Part shown: positions 40,727 through 50,940 of the stretch, in pieces | Layout of the letters: the number at the start of each line of letters is the position of its first letter | How positions within the stretch are numbered: position 1 is the first letter of the stretch | Program-made: the position numbers and the translations under genes | Origin: Planctomycetota bacterium | Lineage (GTDB): Bacteria; Planctomycetota; UBA8108; SXIK01 | Length of the DNA stretch: 64,000 nucleotides | Reading direction: 5' to 3' | Assembly: GCA_965223845.1 (NCBI GenBank) | Contig: CBDCXR010000004.1 | Span: 1,472,001 to 1,536,000, forward strand | Notes under the pieces: generated by a model | Told to the model about the DNA's origin: nothing | What the model saw: the letters and a program-made list of their open reading frames with translations, nothing else | Databases searched by the model: none

Positions 40727-41809
40727 TCACTGCCCGACCAGGCGGGCGTACAGACTAAGAGCTTGGTTTGGATCCGTCAAGCCGTCGAAGATCGCGCGTC
40801 CATCGCGGAAGATCGTGAGTACGAATTCGCTCGTGCGAAAGCGGCTGAAGGGCGGAGTGGAGACGACGGTGCCGAGCGACTTGAGCCGTTCGACGACGTC
40901 GTCGTACGGAAACTCGACGTACCGATCCGCTGCAGGCAAGACCTGCACGGCGCGCCGGCCGCAGAGCGGCGTCACGCGCGCCGACGCGTCGCCGCGGAGA
41001 AATTCGAATTCGCGCTTCACGCACACAGAGCAGTCCGCAGCGGGCGCGACGCCGACGACCCGTGCGGAGACGTTCCACGGCGAGAGGATCGCTTGCTTCC
41101 ACGCGAGATCGCGCGTGGAGCCCGTCGCGAGAAAGCGGAGGGCGAGGGTGGCTTGCCAGCTCGCCGCCACCGCAGCGACCGGACCGAGTATCCCCGCCGT
41201 GTCGCAGGTCGGGAGCGCCCCCGGCGGTGGAAGCTCCGGTAAGATGCACCGGAGGCACGGACCGGCGTCGCCGCTGAAGAGTTGAACGCGGGCATCGCCG
41301 CCGACGGCGCCCGCGTAGATCCACGGAATCGCGTGCGCGTAGCTGAGATCATTGATCAGGAAACGCGTCGCTAGGTTGTCGGTCCCGTCGACGATCAAGT
41401 CGGAGCCGCGAACGACTCCGGCCGCGGTCGAGAAATTGAAATCGATCGCGTGGGGCTCGATCCTTACGTCCGAATCGACCCGCGCCAGGTGCTCGGCGAG
41501 GGCGTGGCTCTTGGCTCGGTGCTCTCTCGCGTCCCGCTCGGTGTAGCCGACTTGTCGGTGCAGATTCGACCACTCGACGACGTCGCGATCGACGAGGCGC
41601 ACCGAGCCGATGCCAGCGCGGACAAGCAGCTCGGCGGAGTTCGTCCCGAGCGCGCCGCAGCCGACGATGGTGACCGTCGCGCGTCGAAGTCGACCCTGGG
41701 CGTCCGGGCCGTCCGGGAGGAACAATTCCTGGCGGTGATGGCGTCCGTCGCGGGCGCTCGGGGAAGCGCTCTCGTTCGCGGCGGGGTCGTCCCGTGGAGT
41801 TCCGGTCAT
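40727..41809 (-). CDS. ThiF/MoeB family adenylyltransferase
   Basis: IVGCGALG, DRDVVEWSNLHRQ, DGTDN, CLRC, PTCDTAG, CSVC. Confidence 0.9.
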   Translation of the reverse strand: MTGTPRDDPAANESASPSARDGRHHRQELFLPDGPDAQGRLRRATVTIVGCGALGTNSAELLVRAGIGSVRLVDRDVVEWSNLHRQVGYTERDAREHRAKSHALAEHLARVDSDVRIEPHAIDFNFSTAAGVVRGSDLIVDGTDNLATRFLINDLSYAHAIPWIYAGAVGGDARVQLFSGDAGPCLRCILPELPPPGALPTCDTAGILGPVAAVAASWQATLALRFLATGSTRDLAWKQAILSPWNVSARVVGVAPAADCSVCVKREFEFLRGDASARVTPLCGRRAVQVLPAADRYVEFPYDDVVERLKSLGTVVSTPPFSRFRTSEFVLTIFRDGRAIFDGLTDPNQALSLYARLVGQ

Positions 41810-41966
41810 CGCAATGAAGAAGCGGATATGCGAAAAAGGAAAAGTGTATCGGGTCGAGAGGATACCTCGAAGCGGTACGATCGTCCTTCGCTTCGCCCCG
41901 GCGATCCTCGCGGCGGGTCGGGAGCGCGTCCCGGACTAGCCCGGGAATCGGAGAGGAGACGGGAGA

Positions 41967-42713
<747 letters not shown>

Positions 42714-42895
42714 GCATCGAGTCGCGACTCGCCTCCGCGGGCCGAGGAGACCGCGGGGATCCGGACGGGAAATCGGGCGAAATCCGGAGCGGTTTTCCGC
42801 GCGCGGCACCGTCGGGGGCGCTGCTAAGATTACGGTTTGAGATGGTCGAGTTTCGAGGTCGACGCCGGATACCTCGCCAGTGAGGAGCCCAACGC

Positions 42896-44932
42896 TTGAA
42901 GATGCTATTTCTCTCCATCGATTCGCGCGCGAAAACCACTCCGCCGTGTAAACCCTGTCACCGAACGGCCGGCACGGGGCGGAGCGTCGTTCTCGCCTGC
43001 AGACGCGGCGCGAGAGCGACGACCCTCGTCGTCCTCGCCCTCACGTTTCTCGCGCCCTCGGTTCTGGCGGACGATCTCAAAGAATCGCTTCTAGCCGCGA
43101 AGTCCGCGGTCGCCGCCAACGATCCGCCGGCGCTTCAGGAAGCCTGCCTCGCTCTCGCGCGCATCGGTGGGCGAACCGCGGTGGACGGGCTGCTCGAGCT
43201 CGTTCCGCGAGCGGCGGGAGTCGACGACGCGCTCTACTGGACGCTCCTCAGCGGTGTCGTCGCCTTTCGCGATCGAGCCGCGTTGGCGACACTCGGTCAA
43301 TACCTCGAGAAACACAATCGTAAGCCGATCGCACGCGACTTACTGCTCGTCCTCTCACGGAACTCATCGCGCGATCTCGCGACGACCTTGCGGGCGATCG
43401 CGCTCGACGGCCCCGAGGATCTGCGGCTTCTCGCCGTGCGGAAGATCGGACGCATCGTCGGCCACGCGTCTGTCGACGCGCTGATCGCCGTGCTCGAAGG
43501 CGAGGAGAAAGGAAAGCCCGAACGACCGACGGCGCTGATGTGGGCGGCGACGCGCGGACTCACGACGATCACGGGGAAGAACTTCGGTCCGACCTCGGTC
43601 AACTGGAAAGGTTGGTGGGCGAAGAATCGAAAGAAGCCTCTCCGGCGGGCGGAGGACGACGATGAAGTCGTCCGCTCGACCGGGACGGCGGTCGATTACC
43701 TCGTCGCGGATCCGGCGCGAAACGAGATCTTTCTCGGACTCGAGAAGGCGCCGCCGCAGGAAGTCATCGTCCTCAGCGCAGAGTACACGAGGAAGACCCA
43801 GCGCGACCTCAACAACGACCACATGGAGGAAGTGCTCGAGCAGATGGGCGTTCCGCACATGGTCGTGCGGCGCGAGGATTTCCTCAAGTTCGACCTCTCC
43901 GCCACGAGCGTCATCCTCATCAACTGCGCGCAGTTCCACAAGTTCTGCATCTGCCCCGACTGCCGGCCCGGCGGAGCACAGAACAATCGCCTCTTTCAGT
44001 GCACCGGCTGCAACAAGCACACGACGTTCTCGGCGAAGCTCGGCGGCCCCGAGCTGAAGAAGCTCCAAAAGTTCGTGAAAGGCGGGGGGTATCTCTTCTG
44101 CGAAGACTGGACGGTGAAAGAGGTCGTCGGCGCCGCGTTTCCGAAGTTTGTCGCTGCCGGCAAGAAGCTGCGCCAGGGGAAGGTCGAGGTTCTTCCCGCG
44201 CGCGGGAAGGGCGGACATCCTTATCTCCACGGGATCTTCGAGGCTCCGGACGACGACGACGATGCGCTCGATCCCAGCGAGTTTCTCGCAGACGACGACG
44301 ATGACGACGACGAGAGTTCGAGTCGCACGATCGTCGTCGGCGGCGATGAAGACGATCCGGATCTCCGGGAACCTCCGGAGGCGATCGATATCCGGCACCG
44401 CTGGTCGATCGACGACGAGAGCTACGCGCTCGTCGTCTCCGATCGGCGACGAGTCGTTCCGCTCCTGACGAGCAAGCAATTGAAGGAGGTGGCCGACGGC
44501 AACAGTGCCGTTGCGGTCGCCTTCCGACCGGGAAGTCCGCGCCATCCGAAGCCCGGCGAGCCCGGTCCGACTGCCGGCGCGCCGGGAGTCGTCACCGTCA
44601 TCCTCAGTCACTTCGGGAAACAGGAGACGACGGCGGACGAGCATTCGCTCCAGAACCTGCTCCTCAACGTTCTCCTCGATGCTTATCAGTCGCAGCCGAA
44701 GAAACGGCAGCTCCTTCGCGAGAAGCTCAAGAAGGAGATCGCGGCGAAGAAAAAAGCCGAGCGGGACGCCAAGCGAAAGCGCGCAAGGGACAAGAAACGT
44801 TCGCGATCGAAGGATCGAGACGATTCGAAGTCGCGGTCGAGATCGAAAGATCGGGACGACCGCGAATCGAAGTCGAAATCAAAGTCGCGCTCGAAATCTA
44901 AGTCGAAAGAGCGGAAAGACGACGGGGCCTAG
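42896..44932 (+). CDS. Secreted HEAT-repeat / class I glutamine amidotransferase-like protein with Cys cluster, acidic tract and Arg/Ser/Lys-rich tail
   Basis: Signal peptide ending SVLA-DD; HEAT-like repeats ending LTTITGKNFG…WKGWW; DHMEEVL…LINC…FVKGGGYLFCEDW…SHF; CICPDC…CTGC. Exact start uncertain. Confidence 0.65.
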   Translation: MKMLFLSIDSRAKTTPPCKPCHRTAGTGRSVVLACRRGARATTLVVLALTFLAPSVLADDLKESLLAAKSAVAANDPPALQEACLALARIGGRTAVDGLLELVPRAAGVDDALYWTLLSGVVAFRDRAALATLGQYLEKHNRKPIARDLLLVLSRNSSRDLATTLRAIALDGPEDLRLLAVRKIGRIVGHASVDALIAVLEGEEKGKPERPTALMWAATRGLTTITGKNFGPTSVNWKGWWAKNRKKPLRRAEDDDEVVRSTGTAVDYLVADPARNEIFLGLEKAPPQEVIVLSAEYTRKTQRDLNNDHMEEVLEQMGVPHMVVRREDFLKFDLSATSVILINCAQFHKFCICPDCRPGGAQNNRLFQCTGCNKHTTFSAKLGGPELKKLQKFVKGGGYLFCEDWTVKEVVGAAFPKFVAAGKKLRQGKVEVLPARGKGGHPYLHGIFEAPDDDDDALDPSEFLADDDDDDDESSSRTIVVGGDEDDPDLREPPEAIDIRHRWSIDDESYALVVSDRRRVVPLLTSKQLKEVADGNSAVAVAFRPGSPRHPKPGEPGPTAGAPGVVTVILSHFGKQETTADEHSLQNLLLNVLLDAYQSQPKKRQLLREKLKKEIAAKKKAERDAKRKRARDKKRSRSKDRDDSKSRSRSKDRDDRESKSKSKSRSKSKSKERKDDGA

Positions 44933-44993
44933 CCGAAGGCGGAGTCCCGTTTCACAGCCGCGCGCGGCTCAACGGGCGGCTTCGATCTGGCGC

Positions 44994-46298
44994 TTATTCA
45001 CCGTCGAACGGCGCACCGTCGTAGAGGGTCGTGCTCGTTCCGTCAGGGTCGAGGATCTCGATCCGGCCGCCGGTGAAGCGTGCGGTGACGGGCGTGCCAC
45101 GTCCGGCGCGGAGCGAGGCGAGATTTCGCGTTGCGACTTCAGCGGCGGCTTCGAGGATGGCGACGGAGACGCGCGAAGACTCGGCGTCCGGATACGTGCC
45201 GCGAAGCTCGTCGCGTCGGGCCCACCCGAGTCGCACCTCCATCGCCCGCTCGACGATCGCGACGATCGAGTCTTTGCCGTAACCATTGTACGCCGCGCCG
45301 TCGCCGCTCGGGCGCGGGATATCGCGAGTGAAGTGCGGATTGAACGTCTTCGTCCCCACATCGGTGATGACCGCGCGGAGACCGCGGTCCTGCTGATCGA
45401 ACTCGACCTTGCCCCGCGTTCCCGTGAGCTCCATCTCCTGGTTGACGGCGCCTTCGAACTCTTTCGGATTGATCCAGTGATTCACGTAGTCGACGCGGAG
45501 ACCGCTCGCATAGTCTACGGCGACCTGCATCGCGTCGAAGGTTCGAATGGGACTGGTGCCTCCTTCACGGTCCCAGTTCGCGAGGAGCTCCTGTTGGCCG
45601 ACGGCGTGGAGCGAGACCGGAGTCGCCCGGAGATAGTGTCCGAAGAGATCCACCCAGTGAACGCCGACGTAGCTGAACGGATTCGAGGTCGCCGCCCAGC
45701 GGAAGATCTCGGTCGAGACCTCGAGCGGCTCTTCGAGTACCGCTCGCCCGTAGAGAGGTGTTCCTAGCGAGGAGAGTAGCGTTTCGAAGATGAACCGGTG
45801 ACAGGGGTCGTAGCGCTTGTGCATGTCGACCCCGACGACGAGGTTTCGGTCCCGCGCTTCGCGGAGAATCTCGTCTGTCTCTTCGACGCGAAGCGTGAGA
45901 GGCTTTTCGACGACGCAGTGGGCCCCGGCGCGGAGCGCGTGGATGGTCGGCGCATGGTGGAGCGAATCGGGCGTGGCGATGAACGCGAGATCGATGTCGT
46001 TCCGGGCGAACACGTCGACCCAGGGTGTCTCGCCGGAGTACGCGATCGGCCGTGCGCTCGGAAGAGCCGTGCGATAGCGCGCGACGAGTCTCTCGGCGCT
46101 CGCCGAAGTGCGCGTCGCGATCGCTACGAGCGAAAACTCGAGAGGCGCGAGTCGGCGCGCCCGGTCGTCGAGTCCCACGCGACCGAGATAGGGCGCGAGG
46201 CCGCAGCGCTCGAGATCCTCTATGGTGCGGAGAACGACATCGCCCCCGAACATTCCGCCGCCGATGAGAGCCATGCGGATCGGCTTGGGTGAGTTCAT
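44994..46298 (-). CDS. Gfo/Idh/MocA family oxidoreductase
   Basis: LIGGGMFG, IATPDSLH, VVEKP, HKRYDP, HWVD. Confidence 0.88.
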   Translation of the reverse strand: MNSPKPIRMALIGGGMFGGDVVLRTIEDLERCGLAPYLGRVGLDDRARRLAPLEFSLVAIATRTSASAERLVARYRTALPSARPIAYSGETPWVDVFARNDIDLAFIATPDSLHHAPTIHALRAGAHCVVEKPLTLRVEETDEILREARDRNLVVGVDMHKRYDPCHRFIFETLLSSLGTPLYGRAVLEEPLEVSTEIFRWAATSNPFSYVGVHWVDLFGHYLRATPVSLHAVGQQELLANWDREGGTSPIRTFDAMQVAVDYASGLRVDYVNHWINPKEFEGAVNQEMELTGTRGKVEFDQQDRGLRAVITDVGTKTFNPHFTRDIPRPSGDGAAYNGYGKDSIVAIVERAMEVRLGWARRDELRGTYPDAESSRVSVAILEAAAEVATRNLASLRAGRGTPVTARFTGGRIEILDPDGTSTTLYDGAPFDGE

Positions 46299-46526
46299 GG
46301 GATCGAGTTTAGACCTGGACCGCATCGGAAGGGAAGGGGCTTGAATGTCTCGACGACGCGGCGAGAATACGTTCGCGCGGCGCACGCAACTCGTCCCCGG
46401 GACCGCGGATCCGAAGGCCGTTCCAACGGCCGCCCTCGCGGCGATCCGGAGCCGAACGCTAACCAGTCAACCCGCGACCCGCGCGGAATCGAACTCATCC
46501 CAACTCCCCGAGAAGGAGACACCGTT

Positions 46527-47027
46527 ATGAGAATCGCACGCTGGGAGTCCAAGGCAGGTCGCGCGGCATCGCTCGCGCTCGTGGGTCTGGCCGTCATCGG
46601 GTTGTTCGCAGTTTCCGCGGGGGGCTTAGTCGGCGCCGGTGGATCGGCGGGCTCGGTCGCCGCAGCGGACGACGACGAGAAGAAGGAAGGCGAGCACAAG
46701 CGCGGGCGCTACAAGATGGTGGCGGACCTTCACGTCCTCATGGAGCACGTCGACGACCTCTTTTACGGGATCGAAGACCTCGTCGAGGAGAAGAAGTTCA
46801 AGAAAGCGCGCGGCAGCGCGCTCGTCGTCGCGGAGATTCTGAACGTCAGTCGCCACAGCGAGGAGTTCGCGAAGGAAAAAGCTTGGGACTCGCTGTGTGT
46901 GAAGGGGACCGCGGATCTCCTCGAAATGTCGAAGGCGGCGAAGAAGAAAGACGCCGAGGCCGTGACGAAGCTCTTCAAGTCGGCGGAAGCTACCTGCGAC
47001 GCGTGTCACGAAAAGTTCCGCGACTGA
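46527..47027 (+). CDS. Class II cytochrome c (cytochrome c'-like)
   Basis: AGGAG RBS, signal peptide, four-helix-bundle pattern, single C-terminal CDACH followed by EKFRD. Confidence 0.8.
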   Translation: MRIARWESKAGRAASLALVGLAVIGLFAVSAGGLVGAGGSAGSVAAADDDEKKEGEHKRGRYKMVADLHVLMEHVDDLFYGIEDLVEEKKFKKARGSALVVAEILNVSRHSEEFAKEKAWDSLCVKGTADLLEMSKAAKKKDAEAVTKLFKSAEATCDACHEKFRD

Positions 47028-47085
47028 GTGGCTTCTCGGTCGGGTGGATTGGCGGTCGTCGTCGACTTGGTGTCGGCGCGAACGC

Positions 47086-47126
47086 AGAGTTCACCGCGGG
47101 GACGAGCGGTCCTCGCGGTGAACTCT
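47086..47126. terminator. Strong intergenic stem-loop downstream of the cytochrome c' gene
   Basis: 18-bp stem AGAGTTCACCGCGGGGAC / GTCCTCGCGGTGAACTCT with one G-U pair and a 5-nt loop. The U-tract is weak. Confidence 0.5.
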
Positions 47127-47177
47127 TAGCCGGAATCGAAGAACGAGCGTCCATCGCGGCTCGAGACGGAGGTGAGC

Positions 47178-48008
47178 ATGGGGATGTCGATCGGCGTGTG
47201 CAGTTGGTCGCTCCAGGTGGGAAGCGTCCCGGAGCTCGTCCGTCTGCTCGATCGAGTCGGAGCGAGCGTCGCGCAAGTTGCGCTCGGTGATCCGAATCAC
47301 GCGAGCTGGGAGGAGGGGGCGACGGGCGTGCTCGACGCGCTCAAGCAGAGCGACATCTCGATCTCGGCGACGATGATCGGCTATCCCGGCGAGGACTACA
47401 CCACGCCCGCTACGATTCAGGCGACCGGCGGGTTTGGCGATCCGTCGACTCGTGCGGAGTGCCTCGAAATCTTTCGGGACGCGGTTGCCCGCACCGCAAA
47501 GCTCGGCGTCTCGAGTCTCGTCAGTCACGCGGGGTTCATTCCGGCGCCCGGTGATCCGGCCCGGTCGAGCTTCCTCGACTGCATCGGAAGCGCCGCGCAG
47601 ATCGCGGCGGAGCAGGGCGTCGCGTTCCATATGGAAACGGGTCAGGAGACCGCGCAGCTCCTCAAGACGACTCTCGATGAGCTGCAGAGCCCGAGCCTTC
47701 GCGTGAATTTCGATCCCGCCAACATGATTCTCTACGACATGGGGAATCCGATCGAAGCCATCGACACCCTTGCCGACGCGATCGCGAGCGTGCATGTGAA
47801 GGATGCTCGTCCCCCGAAAGAGAAGGGGGCCTGGGGCGAGGAAGTTCCGCTCGGCGAGGGTGACGTCGGGATTCCCGAGTTCGTCGCGGCGCTCGAAAGA
47901 ATCGGCTTCGACGGCCCTCTCATCGTAGAGCGCGAAGTCGGGAGCCAGGAAGAGCGCGTGCGAGACATCCGGGCGGGAATCGAGCTCTTGCGATCGATCG
48001 CCGGTTGA
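47178..48008 (+). CDS. Sugar phosphate isomerase/epimerase (xylose isomerase-like TIM barrel)
   Basis: HAGFIP, METGQE, VNFDPAN, VHVKD, EVPLGEGDV, LIVERE; GGAGG RBS. Confidence 0.88.
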   Translation: MGMSIGVCSWSLQVGSVPELVRLLDRVGASVAQVALGDPNHASWEEGATGVLDALKQSDISISATMIGYPGEDYTTPATIQATGGFGDPSTRAECLEIFRDAVARTAKLGVSSLVSHAGFIPAPGDPARSSFLDCIGSAAQIAAEQGVAFHMETGQETAQLLKTTLDELQSPSLRVNFDPANMILYDMGNPIEAIDTLADAIASVHVKDARPPKEKGAWGEEVPLGEGDVGIPEFVAALERIGFDGPLIVEREVGSQEERVRDIRAGIELLRSIAG

Positions 48009-48051
48009 GCTCGCGATCGTCGGAGAGCTGGTGCGGGGGAGGAGTGAAGGC

Positions 48052-49419
48052 TTGACGGCGAGAAAGAAGAGTGACGGCGGAGCCGAAAAGCTCTCGCAGT
48101 ATCTTCGTCTCGACGCCGTGCTCGTGGATCTGGTCGTCGACTCGAAGGAGGACCTCTACGCGGCGCTCGCTGAGGTCGCCGTGGAGAACGCGGACGAAGA
48201 GACCGTGGAGGCCATCCGCGAAGGAATCGTCGAGCGTGAGGCGTCCGTGACGACGTACGTCGGCGATGGCGTCGCCATCCCCGTCGCTCGCGTGGAGGGG
48301 GTAGAGCGAGTCGCGCTCGCGCTCGCGACGAACTCCGAGGGCTTCCCTTTCGGTCTGGAAACCGATCAACCGGTTTGCATCGCCGTCCTCGTGGTGGGGA
48401 ACGATGACCCGCAGAGTGATCTCGTCCAGATCCTCAGTTCCGTCGCGGCGGCGCTCAAGGACGCGAACGTCCGCGCAAGGATCCTCTCGAGCGCCGACGC
48501 GGCCGCGATGCGACGCTGCCTCGACGCGGCGCCGCGGCGAGCTCGACGAAAGAAGACCCACCGACTCACCCAGCTCCTCCTCAGCCATTCGCGAAAGATC
48601 GCGCTCGAGATGGGAGCGACCGCCGTCGTCATCGCGGTCGAAAGTCTCGACGAGCTCAAGGTGATCCGGCGGCTTCCGCGACGCGACAAGTTCATCGTGG
48701 CGACTTCTTCGCGCGAGATCGCGGCTTCAGCGGAAGATGTCGTGAAACGCGTCTTGCTCCTTCCGAAAGTGTCTCTTCGCCGCGACGCGCGCGTGCGTCT
48801 CACCGCACTCATGGCGATCGCCCACGGCCTCATAGCGCGCGGCGACGTCGTCGCCTTTCTCTCGGGACGAGAGGGCGGGAGCCTCGATTCCATGACGATC
48901 ATGGAAATCAGCCGCGAGTTCGGGCGCTTCGCCGCCGCATCGGGAGCGCTCTCGACGGGCATGCGCCCCGAGATCTTCGAACGCGTGATCACTCTCGCGA
49001 CCGATATCGCACGCGAGGGGCGCGAAGGGCAGCGACTCGGTGCGACCTTCATCATCGGCGACCCGGAGGAGCTCGACGAGTGGTGCCAGCAGATGGTGAT
49101 GAACCCCTTTCGCGGCTACCCCGAAGAGGAAAGAAACATCCTCGATCCGACCCTCGAAGAGACGATCAAGGAGTTCGCTACGATCGACGGCGCGTTCGTC
49201 ATCAGTACGGCGGGAGTGCTCTCGTCCGCGGGAACCTATCTCAAGGCGCCGAAGGACGTCGATCTTCCCGGCGGGTACGGCTCTCGACATCGGAGCGCGT
49301 GTGGGCTGACGGGTGTCGCCCCCTGTATCGCGGTCACCGTGTCCCAGTCGACAGGCGAGGTCAACGTCTACCATCGCGGTGAGACGGTTCTTCAGCTCGC
49401 CGAGCATGTTCCGCGCTAG
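48052..49419 (+). CDS. PTS EIIA-like domain fused to DacZ-type diadenylate cyclase (DisA_N/DAC)
   Basis: N-terminal EIIA fold (EREASVTTYVGDGVAIPVAR). DAC motifs EGREGQRLGATFIIGD, NPFRG, IKEFATIDGAFVI, GSRHRSA, VSQSTG. TTG start with GGAGGAG RBS. Confidence 0.88.
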   Translation: MTARKKSDGGAEKLSQYLRLDAVLVDLVVDSKEDLYAALAEVAVENADEETVEAIREGIVEREASVTTYVGDGVAIPVARVEGVERVALALATNSEGFPFGLETDQPVCIAVLVVGNDDPQSDLVQILSSVAAALKDANVRARILSSADAAAMRRCLDAAPRRARRKKTHRLTQLLLSHSRKIALEMGATAVVIAVESLDELKVIRRLPRRDKFIVATSSREIAASAEDVVKRVLLLPKVSLRRDARVRLTALMAIAHGLIARGDVVAFLSGREGGSLDSMTIMEISREFGRFAAASGALSTGMRPEIFERVITLATDIAREGREGQRLGATFIIGDPEELDEWCQQMVMNPFRGYPEEERNILDPTLEETIKEFATIDGAFVISTAGVLSSAGTYLKAPKDVDLPGGYGSRHRSACGLTGVAPCIAVTVSQSTGEVNVYHRGETVLQLAEHVPR

Positions 49420-49440
49420 TCTAGCCCGATCGGCTCGAAC

Positions 49441-50211
49441 ATGGCAGATCGACTCTTTCAGCACATCGAGCGTCTCCACGGCTCCCCCGATTGGGGACGG
49501 GTCCTCGACGCGGGGACCGGCCGTCATTCGCTCGAGTGGATCGCCGGGCTCCGCACGTCGGGCTGGACGGCCGTAACCGGTGATTCCGCGCGTGCGGAGA
49601 AGCTGCAGCGTCGCTGGCGAAAAACGATGCGTTCGGTCGATCGCATCGTCGCCGGAAACTGGATCGATCCTGCGTTTCTGCACGGCGAGACGTACGACGT
49701 CGTTCTTGCGGATTATCTCCTCGGCGCGATCGATGGATTCGCGCCGTACTTTCAGTCGCAGCTCTTTCGCCGACTGCGTCCGCACGTCGGTCGCGAGCTC
49801 TACGTCGTCGGTCTGGAGCCGTACGAGATGCTTGCCGACTCCGCCGCCGGGTCGATCGTTCGCGAGATCGCCCGGCTCCGCGATGCGTCGATCCTCCTCG
49901 CGGGCGATCGGTGCTACCGCGAGTATCCGCGCGATTGGACGGTCGCACGCATCGAGGAGGCGGGGTATGCCGTGGAGGACGTCACCTCGTTCGCGATTCG
50001 CTACGGCGAGGAGTTCGTCGAAGGGCAGCTTCGAGTCTGCGAGAGCAAGCTCGATCGCATCGGCAGCCGCAGCCTCGCGCGGGGACTCCGCGACCGCATC
50101 GCGGATGTGCGGAGCCGCGCGCTCGGGTACGCGCGCGCGCACGGCGGAATCCACTTCGGCGAGGACTACGTCATCTACGCCCGGCGAACCCCCGCGAGCG
50201 AAACGGATTGA
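49441..50211 (+). CDS. Class I SAM-dependent methyltransferase-like protein
   Basis: Motif I VLDAGTG; YDVVLADYLLGA. Confidence 0.7.
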   Translation: MADRLFQHIERLHGSPDWGRVLDAGTGRHSLEWIAGLRTSGWTAVTGDSARAEKLQRRWRKTMRSVDRIVAGNWIDPAFLHGETYDVVLADYLLGAIDGFAPYFQSQLFRRLRPHVGRELYVVGLEPYEMLADSAAGSIVREIARLRDASILLAGDRCYREYPRDWTVARIEEAGYAVEDVTSFAIRYGEEFVEGQLRVCESKLDRIGSRSLARGLRDRIADVRSRALGYARAHGGIHFGEDYVIYARRTPASETD

Positions 50212-50331
50212 AGCGGGAACCGTTACCGGAACGAACCCAGGGAAAACCGCTGGCGAGACGGAGCGCGGCTGGCACAATGTCGCCTCGACTCCGATGAGAA
50301 GTCGTTCGAGAAGTGAAAGGAAGGTCTCGCC

Positions 50332-50925
50332 ATGCTCAGTGCTCCTCCAAAGGACCCGATTCGGTCGGAGGGCGGCCCTCTCCGCCGGCCTCGTCGAGCG
50401 TCTTCGACGGTCCATCTAGAATCGCCTGCGGCTCACGGCGCGACGCGAATCGAGCGGACTCGAGCTCCGACTTCGCATCAATTCCTCGTCGTCTTTCTCG
50501 CTCTCGTGACGCTCGTCGCCGGTTCTGGTTGCTCGACGTTCCGTCCGGCTGCTCAACGTGGTGTCGAGTACATGGAGAATCCCGAGCGCTCCGTGGTGAC
50601 TCGAGTGAGCGGGGGACTCGGGGGTCTCGTCGGCGTCGCGATCTCGACGCCGTTCACGATCCTCCTCTTCCCGACGTACTTCTTCGACGCCCACGCTCGC
50701 GGGATACGCGAGCCGAGCGCCTCCGAGGAGGCCTCGGCGCCGGGCGACCACCTCGTCCCGCTCTGTCTCGCGCCGTCGGAGTACCTTCGCGGAATCGGGG
50801 CCGCGGTGATCGGGGCGCCATCGGCGTGGATCGAGTCCGCGTTCGTCGACGATCCACAGCGGCCGCGCGAGTGGGTGGAAGAGGTTCCCGAAGACGACGA
50901 TTTTCCGGTCTCGCCGGGAGATTGA
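50332..50925 (+). CDS. Hypothetical membrane/lipoprotein
   Basis: Hydrophobic stretch ending AGSG-C (lipobox-like), further hydrophobic helices, purine-rich RBS. Start uncertain. Confidence 0.55.
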   Translation: MLSAPPKDPIRSEGGPLRRPRRASSTVHLESPAAHGATRIERTRAPTSHQFLVVFLALVTLVAGSGCSTFRPAAQRGVEYMENPERSVVTRVSGGLGGLVGVAISTPFTILLFPTYFFDAHARGIREPSASEEASAPGDHLVPLCLAPSEYLRGIGAAVIGAPSAWIESAFVDDPQRPREWVEEVPEDDDFPVSPGD

Positions 50926-50940
50926 ACGAACCGAACCGGT

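Noticed and set aside
42947-42961. CKPCH (CxxCH) at the N-terminus of the HEAT protein
   Set aside because: It lies upstream of the signal peptide hydrophobic core in a region of uncertain start, so it is unlikely to be a heme site.
50270-50284. TGGCACAATGTCGC as a sigma54 -24/-12 promoter
   Set aside because: GG-to-GC spacing is 9 nt rather than the required 10.
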